Position numbers and translations under genes: made by a program. 64,000 nucleotides of DNA, from the NCBI GenBank assembly GCA_035280285.1, contig DATEGC010000077.1, forward strand, positions 1,027-65,026, read 5' to 3'. The stretch is from Candidatus Dormiibacterota bacterium (GTDB taxonomy: Bacteria; Chloroflexota; Dormibacteria; Dormibacterales; Dormibacteraceae). This document shows positions 1 to 9,566 of the stretch, one piece after another. Under the pieces are notes generated by a model. It was not told the origin of the DNA. It worked only from the letters and a program-made list of their open reading frames with translations, and searched no databases. The number at the start of each line of letters is the position of its first letter. Positions within the stretch are counted from its first letter, which is position 1.

Positions 1-304
1 TGTCGTACTTCTGGTCGATGAACAGCTGCATGTTCTTCTGGTAGTCGGTCGGCTGGTTCGACTCGATCACCTTCGCCTTGACGCAAAGGCTCGCGTCATT
101 GACCGCGTCCTGGACGCCCTGCCACGCGTTGGCGTTGAACGACTTGTCGGACAGTTTGCCGACGTCGGTGACCAGGCCGACGTTGTAGGTCTTGCTGCAG
201 GTGGTGCCGGTGCCTGTGGTGCCTCCACACGCCGCCACCAGCACTGCCGTACAGACCAGGGCTGCTGTGGTCATCACGCCGGTGAGACCCCTAACTCGAA
301 CCAT
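1..304 (-). CDS. BMP-family (PnrA/Med-like) ABC transporter substrate-binding lipoprotein, N-terminal part; gene continues beyond window start
   Basis: Minus-strand translation from ATG 304..302: MVRVRGLTGVMTTAALVCTAVLVAACGG (signal peptide plus LVAAC lipobox) then NVGLVTDVGKLSDKSFNANAWQGVQDAV, a BMP-family signature. GGGGGAA SD upstream. Missing from the ORF track because it is open at the window edge. Confidence 0.8.
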   Translation of the reverse strand, partial: MVRVRGLTGVMTTAALVCTAVLVAACGGTTGTGTTCSKTYNVGLVTDVGKLSDKSFNANAWQGVQDAVNDASLCVKAKVIESNQPTDYQKNMQLFIDQKYD

Positions 305-475
305 ATGGTTCCCCCTTGTGGTTCTCAGGAGGCCGTGCACGCGGACACACACCCTCCATCACTTGCCGCCCTCTTCCCAATTCGTACTCGGGGCGAGAGT
401 GCGCCGGCGGCGAGTGCGGCCAATACGGCCTATTCGCTACTCCGCTTGAAACTATCAACGCGTGGAGCGGCCAAG

Positions 476-1195
476 TCAAGTCGAAGCCCCAGCCGCGTGC
501 AGAGCGTCGAGCGTAGCCGGCAGTTCGGTGATGCTCGAGATGCGCTTCCAGCCCTCTTTCGGCAGCTCGTCCTCGGGCACCTGCTCGTGCTCCCAGGTGA
601 CCTGGTAGGGGATGTGCACCGCCCGCCCGCCGAGGCTCACCACAGGCACAACGTCCGAGCGGAGCGAGTTGCCGACCATGACGAAGTCCTCTGGTTTGAT
701 CCCCCGCCGCTTGAAGACGCCGCGGTAGGAGCCGGCGTTCTTCTCGCTCAGGATCTCGACGCCGTGGAACAGATCGCCGAGGCCGGACTGCGCGAGCTTG
801 CTCTCCTGGTCGAACAGGTCGCCTTTAGTGATGAGGACCATGTCGTAGCGCCCGGCCAGCGTGCGCAGCGTGTGCTCGACACCTTCAAGGAGCTTGGTCG
901 GTTCCGTGAGCATCCGCTTGCCCCAGCCGAGGATGACCTGTATGTCCTCGGTGGGGATGCGGCGCTGGGTGATCTCGATGGCGGTCTCGAGCATCGAAAG
1001 CGTGAAGGACTTGATGCCGTAGCCGTAGATGCTGAGGTTCTTCATCTCCGTCTCAGCCAGCAGCTTGTCGACGTCAGCCTCCGGTGCATGACCCTTCAGC
1101 AGGTCCCGAAACTCACCCTGCGTGACGTGAAATCGGATCTCGCTGTGCCAGAGCGTATCGTCGCCGTCGAACCCCAGCACCCGGACAGCCGGCAT
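476..1195 (-). CDS. HAD-superfamily hydrolase
   Basis: 239 aa ORF; motif I FDGDDTLW (DxDxT), ITKGD and VGNSLRSD motifs typical of HAD phosphatases. Confidence 0.8.
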   Translation of the reverse strand: MPAVRVLGFDGDDTLWHSEIRFHVTQGEFRDLLKGHAPEADVDKLLAETEMKNLSIYGYGIKSFTLSMLETAIEITQRRIPTEDIQVILGWGKRMLTEPTKLLEGVEHTLRTLAGRYDMVLITKGDLFDQESKLAQSGLGDLFHGVEILSEKNAGSYRGVFKRRGIKPEDFVMVGNSLRSDVVPVVSLGGRAVHIPYQVTWEHEQVPEDELPKEGWKRISSITELPATLDALHAAGAST

Positions 1196-1273
1196 AGCGA
1201 CGAACGATTATCCGGTTTGTCTGACTCCTGGCGTCTGGATCAGCGTCCGGCGCAGACCGCCATCCACGGTGCG

Positions 1274-1468
1274 CTAAATCGACCCGCGCACTGTCGCGTA
1301 GCCGACCGCAGCGTCGCCCAATACGCCCTTGGGCGCGATCGGCGCCGCCTCCGTGTAGTCGGACGCGTACGGGTGCACCAACTTTCCCAAATCGGTCGTC
1401 TCGACCGACCGTCCCGGAACGATCACCTGTGTCCACCGGTTCGTCGTGACGAACGCCACGCTGCTCAC
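1274..1468 (-). CDS. small hypothetical protein (64 aa)
   Basis: GTG start preceded by GAGGAA SD; third-codon positions are mostly G/C as in neighbouring genes; no recognisable motif. Confidence 0.35.
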   Translation of the reverse strand: MSSVAFVTTNRWTQVIVPGRSVETTDLGKLVHPYASDYTEAAPIAPKGVLGDAAVGYATVRGSI

Positions 1469-1541
1469 GGTTCCTCATCGGTTCTACGTGTGAACGGCCG
1501 CTTGTGTTACGGCCGGGAGTGCGGCGGCAAATAATTACCGC

Positions 1542-2150
1542 GTGCACCAGGTCCGGCTCGAGTCCGTCCGCCGCAAATCAGGCGGCCGGATTCATCTGAC
1601 CCCTAGGGTCCCCCGTTCCGGACCCGTCACCACTTTGTGCGACCAGACGCTCGAAGGCGGCTCCTACTCGGCCGTCGACGGCGCGGCCAATTGCGCCAAC
1701 TGCATTCGACGCTCGCACGACCAGGCGCGCATCTCAGGCGCGTTCTTCGCCCAGGAGGAGGGCTCCGAGCTCCTCCGCCTGTCCCTGGAGCAGGCACAGG
1801 CGCGACCGCGCAAGCCCGACCTGCGCGTGCTGCCGCACCCGGCGGAGAAGGAGAAACCGGTCGTGTGGCCGGCCCCCAAGCCGCCGCCGGAAGCGACCCC
1901 TGACCGCGTCGGCGAACTGGTTACGCGCGGGTTCAAGCCGGCCGGGGAAGGTGTCTGGCGCAGCCCGCGGGGCGTGATCGTGCGCATGCGCAAACACGGC
2001 AAGGAATGGAGCTTCGCCGAGCTCGTCTACGAGGGCTCCGTGGTGGCGACACGCGTTGAGGGCGGCGTTCGCATCCGGGCTGCGGACGTGGAAGTCGCAC
2101 CGGCGGACGACGGATACGAAGTCCAGATAAAGAAAAGGGCCGGGCAGTAG
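1542..2150 (+). CDS. hypothetical protein (202 aa)
   Basis: ORF fills the gap between flanking genes and ends just inside a strong hairpin. Has a Cys pair (CANC) and a Pro/Lys-rich linker; no family recognised. Confidence 0.5.
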   Translation: MHQVRLESVRRKSGGRIHLTPRVPRSGPVTTLCDQTLEGGSYSAVDGAANCANCIRRSHDQARISGAFFAQEEGSELLRLSLEQAQARPRKPDLRVLPHPAEKEKPVVWPAPKPPPEATPDRVGELVTRGFKPAGEGVWRSPRGVIVRMRKHGKEWSFAELVYEGSVVATRVEGGVRIRAADVEVAPADDGYEVQIKKRAGQ

Positions 2151-2158
2151 CCCGGCCC
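2137..2158. terminator. bidirectional hairpin between convergent genes
   Basis: GGGCCGGGC-AGTA-GCCCGGCCC perfect 9-bp stem between the convergent genes 1542..2150 (+) and 2176..3201 (-). Confidence 0.55.
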
Positions 2159-2175
2159 TCGACGGACGCTCGCTG

Positions 2176-3201
2176 TCAGCTCGCCTTGCTGGCGAAGTCG
2201 TTGGTGTACGTCTCGCTCAGGTTGGCTGACTTGCCCTTGTACTTGGAAACGTAGGTCGACTCGATCTTCTGCACCGTTTCTGGACCGCCCGTCGGCATCT
2301 TGCAGTCGGTACCGAAGATCTGCAGCTGGTTCTGCAGCGCCTGGATGTAGAGGTCGCGTGTCGGCTTGAGGTAGTCGGCGGGCATCTTGTCCGCGATCTC
2401 CGCCGCGCTGTGCGACTTCATCCACTTCAACGTCTTGACGTAAGCGTTGACCAGCCGCTGCGCAGTGTCCTTGTTGCCGTTGACCCAGCTGTTCTGCGCA
2501 AAGATGCCAATGAATGGGTAGTCGCCGCCGAGCGCTTTGCGGGTGTCGGCGGGCGTCAGCAGGCTGATCAGGATCTTGCCCTTGCCGCTCGTCGTAAGAC
2601 GTGTGATCGTCGGCTCCGTCGTCATGCCCGCGACGATCTTCTTCTGGTCGATGGCGGCGATGAACGTGTCGCCCGCTCCGACCGGGATGTAGTGAGCGCT
2701 GGTGGGGTCTACCCCCGCGACCCCCAGCAGTGCCTGGCTGAGCACGTGGGTGCCGGAACCGAGGTCGGTGACGCCGAGGTTCTTGCCGGCAAGGTCCCTC
2801 GGACCCGAGATGTTGGTCTGCGAGGCGTCGACGACCTCAGCTTCGCCGGGTGCGATGCCGAACTGGCAGATGGTTTCGATCTTCTTACCGAGGGTGTTGA
2901 GTTCCCACGGATGCGAGTACGCGCCCGAGCCGGCGTCCACGTTGCCGGCTATCACCTCGTCCTCGGACGCCTGGCCGGACCCTTCGTCGATCAACGTCAC
3001 ATCGAGGTGCTGTTCCCTGAAGTAGCCGAGCGCCTCGGTCAGCTTGTTCGGCAGATAGATCTGCTTGCTCAGGCCGCCGACCATTAGCTTGAGCGACACG
3101 GTTTGCACGGTCGTGCCGCTGCCACCTCCCGAGCTGCCACAGGCAGTGACCACGATCACTGCCGCAATCGCCGCCAGGACTCGCTTGCCACCAAATCGCA
3201 T
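2176..3201 (-). CDS. ABC transporter substrate-binding lipoprotein, NMT1/THI5-like (NitT/TauT family)
   Basis: Start moved to ATG 3201, which has a GGAGG SD (gaaggaggaaatccgtATG). MRFGGKRVLAAIAAVIVVTACGSS gives a signal peptide plus lipobox. Last gene of the ATPase-permease-SBP operon. Confidence 0.85.
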   Translation of the reverse strand: MRFGGKRVLAAIAAVIVVTACGSSGGGSGTTVQTVSLKLMVGGLSKQIYLPNKLTEALGYFREQHLDVTLIDEGSGQASEDEVIAGNVDAGSGAYSHPWELNTLGKKIETICQFGIAPGEAEVVDASQTNISGPRDLAGKNLGVTDLGSGTHVLSQALLGVAGVDPTSAHYIPVGAGDTFIAAIDQKKIVAGMTTEPTITRLTTSGKGKILISLLTPADTRKALGGDYPFIGIFAQNSWVNGNKDTAQRLVNAYVKTLKWMKSHSAAEIADKMPADYLKPTRDLYIQALQNQLQIFGTDCKMPTGGPETVQKIESTYVSKYKGKSANLSETYTNDFASKAS

Positions 3202-3215
3202 ACGGATTTCCTCCT

Positions 3216-4151
3216 TCAGATCTTTACCTCGGTGGCGACGGGCGGCCGCCACGTGATGAGGCGGTTCTCGAGCGCTGTGATCAACGTCTCTGCCACCAGC
3301 GCCATGGCAGCGAGCAGAGCCATGCCGGCGAACACGCCGGCGGTATCGAAAAGGTTCTTGGACGAGTAGATGAGCTCGCCCACTCCCTGAGTCGCGCCGA
3401 ACAGCTCGCCGACGACAGCGCCCACCAGGGCGAGTCCGAAGCTCGTATGCAGGCTGGCGATGATCCAGGACAGCGCCGAAGGCACGATGATCTCGCTGGT
3501 CAGCTGGCGGTTGTTCGCGCCGAGGATGCGAGCGTTCGCGACCAGGTTGCGATCAACCTCTCGCACGCCCTGGAATGCGTTGAAGAAGACGACGAAAAAG
3601 ACGAGCACGGACGCCGTCGCGATCTTGGACTTGATGTCGAGGCCCAGCGAGATCGCAAACAGCGCCCCCACGACCACGCGCGGGATCGCGTTTGCTCCCT
3701 TGATGTAGGGACTCAGGACATCGGAAAGCAGGCGGTTGCGTCCAAGCACGACGCCAAAAACAACTCCGAGGATGGAGCCCACCACGAAGCCGCCGACTGT
3801 CTCTTCCATGGTGACGAGGACCTGCTGCCCCAGCGGTCCAAGCTCGGTTCCATCTTTGATCCAGTGCCACAGGGTTTGTGCGATGTCGCTCGGCTGCGAC
3901 CAGAAGAACTTGTCGATGAGGCCGAGGTGCCCCACCCGCAGCTCCCAGTCGTGCCCGGTGGGAAAACGCGCGGCGAGCTCCCAGCCGCCGAGGATGATCA
4001 CCGCGACGGCGAGGCGCAGGGCGTTGACGTTGAGGCGATAGCGCTGTCCCTGCCGCCGTCGTCTTGCCGCAAGGTCAACCGGGGGCCTGGCGGCCAGCGC
4101 GTCGCGAGCCCGCGGGAGCACCCTAAGCCGCGCCGCGTTTCTGACGTTCAT
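3216..4151 (-). CDS. ABC transporter permease (NitT/TauT family)
   Basis: 311 aa, multiple hydrophobic segments, BPD-transporter-like core; overlaps the upstream ATPase gene by 29 nt (operon). Confidence 0.85.
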   Translation of the reverse strand: MNVRNAARLRVLPRARDALAARPPVDLAARRRRQGQRYRLNVNALRLAVAVIILGGWELAARFPTGHDWELRVGHLGLIDKFFWSQPSDIAQTLWHWIKDGTELGPLGQQVLVTMEETVGGFVVGSILGVVFGVVLGRNRLLSDVLSPYIKGANAIPRVVVGALFAISLGLDIKSKIATASVLVFFVVFFNAFQGVREVDRNLVANARILGANNRQLTSEIIVPSALSWIIASLHTSFGLALVGAVVGELFGATQGVGELIYSSKNLFDTAGVFAGMALLAAMALVAETLITALENRLITWRPPVATEVKI

Positions 4152-4926
4152 AGCTCACCAGGACTTCGTCGCGAAGGTCGTTCCAGATCTCCTCGTAGAT
4201 CTGCGAGAACTTGGGCTGAAAGCGGATCTCGGCCACGTTGCGCGGACGCGGCAGGTCCACCTTGTAGTTGCTCTTCACCGTGCCTGGGCCGGCCGTGATA
4301 ACGAAGACGCGGTCACTGAGGGAAATCGCTTCCTCGAGGTCGTGTGTCACGAATACAACCGTCGTCCGGCTCCCTGACCACAAGCCGAGCAGCTCGTTCT
4401 CCATCAGGTTGCGGGTCTGCACGTCGAGCGCACTGAACGGCTCGTCCATGAGCAGGATCCGCGGCCCGTTGATCAGGCTCTGCGCCAACGCGACGCGCTT
4501 GCGCATTCCGCCCGACAGCTGGTAGGGATAGCGATCTTCGAAACCGGCGAGGCCAACGCGAGCGATCCATTCGCGGGCACGATCGCGGGCTTCGCGGGTC
4601 GAAACGCCGTGATAGCGAGGGCCGGCGGCGACGTTTTCGAGCACCGTCTTCCAGGGGAAGACGGCGTCTGACTGGAAGACATACCCGATGCCGTCGATGA
4701 TTCCGTTCACCGGCCTGGCATCAACCTGCACCTCTCCGTCGCTCGCCGGCTCGAGGCCCGAGATCAAGGCAAGGGTGGTCGACTTGCCGCAGCCGGTCGG
4801 ACCGACCACGGCGCAAAACTCACCGGACTCGACGGTCATGTTCAGGTCGCGCAGGGCGATGAAGACCGCACCGGACGGTGTCAGGAAACGCTTGGTGACA
4901 CCACGGAGCTCTATGGCTGGAGTCAT
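4123..4926 (-). CDS. ABC transporter ATP-binding protein (NitT/TauT family)
   Basis: Walker A GPTGCGKST, signature LSGGMRKR, Walker B LLMDEPFSALD. Start placed at ATG 4926 (MTPAIELRGV, a typical N-terminus); the GTG at 4956 from the ORF track is an alternative. Confidence 0.85.
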   Translation of the reverse strand: MTPAIELRGVTKRFLTPSGAVFIALRDLNMTVESGEFCAVVGPTGCGKSTTLALISGLEPASDGEVQVDARPVNGIIDGIGYVFQSDAVFPWKTVLENVAAGPRYHGVSTREARDRAREWIARVGLAGFEDRYPYQLSGGMRKRVALAQSLINGPRILLMDEPFSALDVQTRNLMENELLGLWSGSRTTVVFVTHDLEEAISLSDRVFVITAGPGTVKSNYKVDLPRPRNVAEIRFQPKFSQIYEEIWNDLRDEVLVSYERQKRGAA

Positions 4927-4970
4927 CTCCTCGCACTGTGCGGTGCGTCCGACCACCGTTCAAGGCATGA

Positions 4971-5006
4971 GGTCGTTGTGGCCTTTTTGGTCGTTTTGGT
5001 CAACGG
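4971..5006. repeat. four tandem 9-bp units in a divergent intergenic region, possible operator
   Basis: GGTCGTTGT / GGCCTTTTT / GGTCGTTTT / GGTCAACGG, contiguous, between the ABC operon (-) and the CitA-like kinase gene (+). Confidence 0.4.
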
Positions 5007-5045
5007 CCGGCCGCCGTTGTTGGGACTAGGATCACAAAAGAAGCC

Positions 5046-6626
5046 TTGAAAAGCCGGCTGCCGCTCGCCTACCAGATCCTCGTCTTCCAGGTCGGGATCA
5101 TCTTGCTGTCCGCCCTGATCGGCGCCGCCGCCGCCGTGTGGCAGGCCAGCCAGGAACTGGACCGGCAGTCGGAGCAGCGCTCGCTCGCCATCGCCGAGTC
5201 GGTCGCCGTCAGCGATTCCATACAGCAGGCGTTGCTCGCGAACGATCCCGACGGCACGATCCAGCGCACAGCCGAGACGATCCGGCACTCGACCGGCGCG
5301 AGCTATGTGGTCGTGACGGATGCAAGAGGCATCCGTTACTCACACCCGAACCCGGTGCTCATCGGCAAACCGGTCGACGAGGATCCCTCGTCGGTGCTGG
5401 CCGGCCACACATGGGTCGGCGTCCAGCGAGGGACCTTGGGCGTATCGGCGCGAGGCAAAGCGCCGATCTTCAACCAGGGTCACGTCATTGGCATGGTCTC
5501 AGTCGGATTCCTCGAGCCGCCGCTGGGCCAGCGCGTGCTCGGCGAGCTGCCCGGTTTCGCGACGACCCTCTTGCCGTCGCTTGCGATCGGAGTCATCGCC
5601 TCGTGGCTGCTCGCCTGGCGTTTGAAGCGGCAGACCTTCGGCCTCGAGCCTTATGAGATAGCCGGCTTGCTGGAGGAGCGCGAAGCGAGCCTGCAGAACA
5701 TCCACGAAGGCGCGATCGCGACCGACCGCGACGGCACCATCACGCTTGCCAACGAGGAGGCGAGACGCCTGCTATCGCTTCCCGCCGACTGCGTCGGCCG
5801 CAAAGTCACGCAGGTGCTGCCTCAAGGCCGGCTGCTGAAGTTTCTCTCGGGCGGCTTGAAAGACGAGGACGAAGTGTTGCTCGCGGGCGAGCGGGTGTTG
5901 ATCGCAAGCCGGCGCGCGATCCTTTTGCGCGGGCGCGAGATCGGCCATGTGGCCACGCTGCGGGACACCAGGGAGCTCACCGGCCTGGCGCGCGGCCTGG
6001 GCGTCGACAGCCTGACCGACGCGCTGCGTGCGCAGGCGCACGAGCATGCAAACCGCCTGCACACGATCGCGGGCTTGATGCAGGTCGGCCGGATCGAAGA
6101 AGCGATGAAGCTCATCGCCCAGACCTCCGGTCTGCATCAGGAGCTGACCGAGTCGCTGCTCGAACGGGTCGGCGATCCAGTGCTGGGCGCGCTGCTGCTC
6201 GCCAAAGCCGCGATCGCGTTCGAGCGAGGCGTGGAGCTTCGCGTCAGCGACGACACAGTGATGACGGGCAGCGCGCTCGACAGTGAGGACTTGATCACGC
6301 TGCTTGGCAATCTGATCGACAACGCGCTCGACGCCGCAGCGACATCAACCGAGGAACGATGGGTGAGCGTGTCCGTCAACGAGCACGACGACGAGCTTGT
6401 GATCCGCGTGCACGACTCGGGGCCCGGGATCTCTGCTGGGGTTGACGGACAGATCTTCCAGGAGGGCTTCAGCACCAAGGCCGGACCGAACCGCAAGCGG
6501 CGCGGATTTGGCCTTGCCCTGGTGCGCCAGGTCGCGCGCCGAAACGGCGGCGAGGTAGGCGTCGCGAACGAAGGCGGCGCGAAGTTCACCGTCCGCATCC
6601 CGATCAAGGTGGCGGCAGGCCGGTGA
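5046..6626 (+). CDS. sensor histidine kinase, CitA/DcuS family
   Basis: 526 aa, TTG start. N-terminal TM, periplasmic PAS/Cache-like domain (GIRYSHPNP, GTLGVSARGKAPIF), second TM, cytoplasmic PAS, DcuS/CitA-type dimerisation region (HEHANRLHTIAGL) and ATPase domain (DNALDA, DSGPGI, GFGLAL). Confidence 0.85.
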   Translation: MKSRLPLAYQILVFQVGIILLSALIGAAAAVWQASQELDRQSEQRSLAIAESVAVSDSIQQALLANDPDGTIQRTAETIRHSTGASYVVVTDARGIRYSHPNPVLIGKPVDEDPSSVLAGHTWVGVQRGTLGVSARGKAPIFNQGHVIGMVSVGFLEPPLGQRVLGELPGFATTLLPSLAIGVIASWLLAWRLKRQTFGLEPYEIAGLLEEREASLQNIHEGAIATDRDGTITLANEEARRLLSLPADCVGRKVTQVLPQGRLLKFLSGGLKDEDEVLLAGERVLIASRRAILLRGREIGHVATLRDTRELTGLARGLGVDSLTDALRAQAHEHANRLHTIAGLMQVGRIEEAMKLIAQTSGLHQELTESLLERVGDPVLGALLLAKAAIAFERGVELRVSDDTVMTGSALDSEDLITLLGNLIDNALDAAATSTEERWVSVSVNEHDDELVIRVHDSGPGISAGVDGQIFQEGFSTKAGPNRKRRGFGLALVRQVARRNGGEVGVANEGGAKFTVRIPIKVAAGR

Positions 6627-7312
6627 TTCGCACCCTAGTGGTGGACGACGACTACCGCGTTGCCGAGCTTCACTGCGCGTACGTGGAGCGAGTGCCGGGG
6701 TTTCAGGTCGCAGGCCGTGCGCACACCGGAAGCGACGCGCTTGCAGACGTGGAGCAGCTGCAGCCGGAGCTCGTGCTGCTCGACATCTACCTGCCCGACA
6801 TGTCAGGCCTCGAGGTGCTGCAGCGCCTGCGCGAAGACGAAAAGACACCAGTCGACGTGATCGCGATCACTGCGGCGCGCGACGTGGACAGCCTTCGCGC
6901 GGCGATGCGCGGCGGCGTCGTGCATTACCTGATCAAGCCGTTTCTGTTTCCGACCTTCGAAGAGAAGCTGCTCTCGTACGCGGCGGCGCGCGACAGGATG
7001 CGCAAGCTGGCAAACGCCGAGCAGGGCGACGTCGATCGCATCTTCGGAGCTCTGCGCAGCAGGCATAAGGAGACCCTGCCGAAGGGACTATCCGACGCCA
7101 CGCTGGAGCTCATCGTGCAAGCCCTGGCCGGCTTCCAGTCGGGGCTCCCGGCGGCCACGGTCGCCGAACAGGCAGGCGTGAGCCGCGTCACCGCGCGCCG
7201 CTACCTGGACCACCTGTGCCAGCTCGGACGCGCCGAGGTGACGATGCGCTACGGCACGCCGGGCCGGCCCGAGCATCGGTATCGACTCGTCCGGAGCGTG
7301 GTCGGGAGCTAG
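6623..7312 (+). CDS. response regulator, CitB/DcuR family
   Basis: Receiver domain (VVDDD, LLDIYLPDMSG, IKP) plus C-terminal HTH; GTGA overlap with the kinase gene. Confidence 0.85.
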   Translation: MIRTLVVDDDYRVAELHCAYVERVPGFQVAGRAHTGSDALADVEQLQPELVLLDIYLPDMSGLEVLQRLREDEKTPVDVIAITAARDVDSLRAAMRGGVVHYLIKPFLFPTFEEKLLSYAAARDRMRKLANAEQGDVDRIFGALRSRHKETLPKGLSDATLELIVQALAGFQSGLPAATVAEQAGVSRVTARRYLDHLCQLGRAEVTMRYGTPGRPEHRYRLVRSVVGS

Positions 7313-7380
7313 TCAAGACGGGCTCCGCTGGCGGCACCGCCTGGAGGCCAGACCCCCGACTCGAATTCACTGACGTATTC

Positions 7381-7398
7381 AGTGGGTCGAAACCCACT
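7381..7398. terminator. hairpin between convergent genes
   Basis: AGTGGGT-CGAA-ACCCACT. An overlapping alternative hairpin CACTGA-CGTAT-TCAGTG lies just upstream. No clear U-tract. Confidence 0.35.
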
Positions 7399-7430
7399 AA
7401 ACACTAATTACCGCTGGAAGTCAAGCCTCA

Positions 7431-8456
7431 TCAGGCGGAGACGGTTGGCTTCGCGCCCCCGGCGGGCAGAGTCACGATCTCGCCCCGGTTGGCCTTGAAC
7501 TCGTAGAGGTCACTGTCGGCGCGGGCGAGCAGAGAGACGACGTCGTCGGAGCGGCGGAGCTCGGCCACCCCGACCGCGAAACGGATCCCCTGCCTGGCCG
7601 CTTCCAGCTGGATCTCGCCGATCTTGGCGCGCGCCTGCTTAGGGCTCATCTCGGGAAGGATGCAGACGAACTCGTCGCCTCCATAGCGCACCACGGCATC
7701 ATCAGCCCGAAGACCTTCCTTGAGGGCGTGCGTCAGGCCGCGCAGAATCGCGTCACCGCTCTTCCGGCCTTCCTTGTCGTTTGCCTCGTCGAGCCCGTCG
7801 ATGTCGATGAAGGCGATGGTCAGCGGCGAGTTGTGGCGGCGTGCGCGCGCTATCTCGCGCTCGGCGACGGAGATGCCGGCCGCCCGTCTCAGCACGCCCG
7901 TCAGTTCGTCGAAAGCAGACTTCTCTCGCAGGCCGAAGAGCGCTTTCGTGCTCATCGAGATCAGGTCCTTCGGCCTCAGGCCGAGGTCCGACGCCAGCAG
8001 CAACCTGACCTGGGCCTCGCGCAGGCGGCGCGCCTGCACGAACGTGCGCCCGAACAACAGGAGCCAGATTCCGAACAGGAGTGGAAGCACAGCCAGGGCG
8101 ACTATCAGCGCGGCGTCCAGCGCAGACGAGACGTAGATGGCGGTGAAAGGGATGGGCACGCCGCGCTCTGGCTTGCTGTTCGAGCCGCCGGACGCGGTCG
8201 ACGTGGCGCCGCCGCCCCGCGCACCGGCCCCACCTCCCGTCACTCCCTGGGCCGGACTGGAAGCCGCGCTGGGCAGGGTTCCGGGTGTGGCCAGGCTGGG
8301 GACCGACGGGGTCGCCAGCGCGCTCGGGAGCGATGGCGTCGGCAGCGCTGTCGGCAGCAATGTTGGAGCTGGCAGCGGGAGCGGCAGCGGCAGGGCGAGA
8401 AAGCTCGCCGTGACGACGCCAAGAACTGCCTGGAGCGGGCCTCGGAGGGCCGTCAT
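7431..8456 (-). CDS. diguanylate cyclase (GGDEF domain) with Pro-rich extracytoplasmic N-terminus and one TM
   Basis: RYGGDEF active-site motif and a DxLT-type motif (DELTGVLRR). N-terminal signal-like segment, then low-complexity LP/PS repeats and a TM helix. Confidence 0.85.
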   Translation of the reverse strand: MTALRGPLQAVLGVVTASFLALPLPLPLPAPTLLPTALPTPSLPSALATPSVPSLATPGTLPSAASSPAQGVTGGGAGARGGGATSTASGGSNSKPERGVPIPFTAIYVSSALDAALIVALAVLPLLFGIWLLLFGRTFVQARRLREAQVRLLLASDLGLRPKDLISMSTKALFGLREKSAFDELTGVLRRAAGISVAEREIARARRHNSPLTIAFIDIDGLDEANDKEGRKSGDAILRGLTHALKEGLRADDAVVRYGGDEFVCILPEMSPKQARAKIGEIQLEAARQGIRFAVGVAELRRSDDVVSLLARADSDLYEFKANRGEIVTLPAGGAKPTVSA

Positions 8457-8542
8457 CTCACATCCCCACCTTCATTATCAACGTCTGTCCGGCGGAAATC
8501 TCGTTCTTCAGCCGACAAACCATGTAAACGCGTTCTATCCTC

Positions 8543-9226
8543 ATGGAGATGACCGGAGACATGGAACGTGCTCTTGGCGCGCTGAAGGACTTCACGCGCC
8601 GCGACATCCTCCTCCGCTTTTACGCCGACCGTAAGCCGCGGAGCGTAGAGGACGTCGCCCGGGAAGCGGGGGTCCATCGTTCGGTGGCCTTCGAGCACCT
8701 GGAACGCCTGGTCGCCCTCAGCTACCTCGAAGTCGCCCACCGCCGCGGCTTGCCCGGCAAGCCCGCCAAGATCTACAAGCTCACTGGCGGGCCCGTGCAG
8801 ATCAGCCACCCGATGCGCCGCTACGACGTCGTGGCTGAGTCGCTGGGCCGCGCCTTCGACGAGCTAGGCGACGTCGGCAGTCACGCTGTTAGGCGAGCGG
8901 GACGGAACTTCGGGGAGTCGATCGCGCAACCTGGCGCGAAGACCGTGATGAAAGGGCTCGAGCCGATGCTGGAGATGGGCGCGGAATACGAGACGGAGCG
9001 GGGCGGCATCGTCGAGTGCACCAACTGCCTGTTTGCCGAGGTCTGTCGCCGCGCGCCGGTGATCTGCCGCTTCCACGCAGGCATCATCGAGGGCCTCCTT
9101 CTGCACACCGAGCTGAACGTCAGCGTAAAGGCGCTGGGGTTCCGGGACCCATACGGCTGCGCGTACATGGTTCAGGAGAACGTGCTCGCGCAAGACTTCG
9201 AGGAGCAGCGGGCAGCCGAGCGCTAG
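8543..9226 (+). CDS. ArsR-like winged-helix transcriptional regulator (COG2345-like) with C-terminal Cys-rich domain
   Basis: N-terminal wHTH (SVEDVAREAGVHRSVAFEHLERLV); C-terminal CTNCLF..VC..APVICRFHAGIIEGL motif typical of this regulator family. Confidence 0.7.
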   Translation: MEMTGDMERALGALKDFTRRDILLRFYADRKPRSVEDVAREAGVHRSVAFEHLERLVALSYLEVAHRRGLPGKPAKIYKLTGGPVQISHPMRRYDVVAESLGRAFDELGDVGSHAVRRAGRNFGESIAQPGAKTVMKGLEPMLEMGAEYETERGGIVECTNCLFAEVCRRAPVICRFHAGIIEGLLLHTELNVSVKALGFRDPYGCAYMVQENVLAQDFEEQRAAER

Positions 9227-9531
9227 GCCGGCGGCAGAAACATCCCGGCGAGCACGCGCTCGCCCTCGCCTGACGCGGTGAGGGTCACGACTGGCCCCGA
9301 GACCTCGTAGTCGATCCACGCGCAGCATTCGCGCTCGAGGTCGATCAGCTGTAGGAGCGCGTCGGCGGCGCCAGGCTCGGCGCGAAGCCGAACCCCGCCG
9401 GGCACGCGCTGGCGATGGAGGAGCCCGCTGGCAAACAGCTTTCGCCACGCGGCCCCGCGATCTTTGAGATCAGCGGTGCCGAGCGTGCACATGATCCGCC
9501 GGGTATCGCTCATGCAAGCAATCAAGTCCAC
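9223..9531 (-). CDS. small hypothetical protein with CC motif
   Basis: 102 aa ORF convergent with the regulator; ERECCAWIDY motif. The true start may be an internal Met (MSDTRR or MCTLG). Confidence 0.45.
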   Translation of the reverse strand: MDLIACMSDTRRIMCTLGTADLKDRGAAWRKLFASGLLHRQRVPGGVRLRAEPGAADALLQLIDLERECCAWIDYEVSGPVVTLTASGEGERVLAGMFLPPA

Positions 9532-9566
9532 AGGCGTGGTTCGTATTCCCGACCTATGTTTGCCGC

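Noticed and set aside
305-1534. 409-aa plus-strand ORF covering the HAD hydrolase region
   Set aside because: It lies antisense to a well-supported HAD gene (476..1195). Its product is Arg/Ala/Pro-rich with no motifs, a typical GC-rich shadow ORF.
8280-8410. GC-rich short tandem GGCAGC/GGCGTC repeats
   Set aside because: They are the DNA image of the Pro/Leu/Ser/Ala-rich low-complexity N-terminal region of the GGDEF protein on the minus strand, not a separate repeat element.
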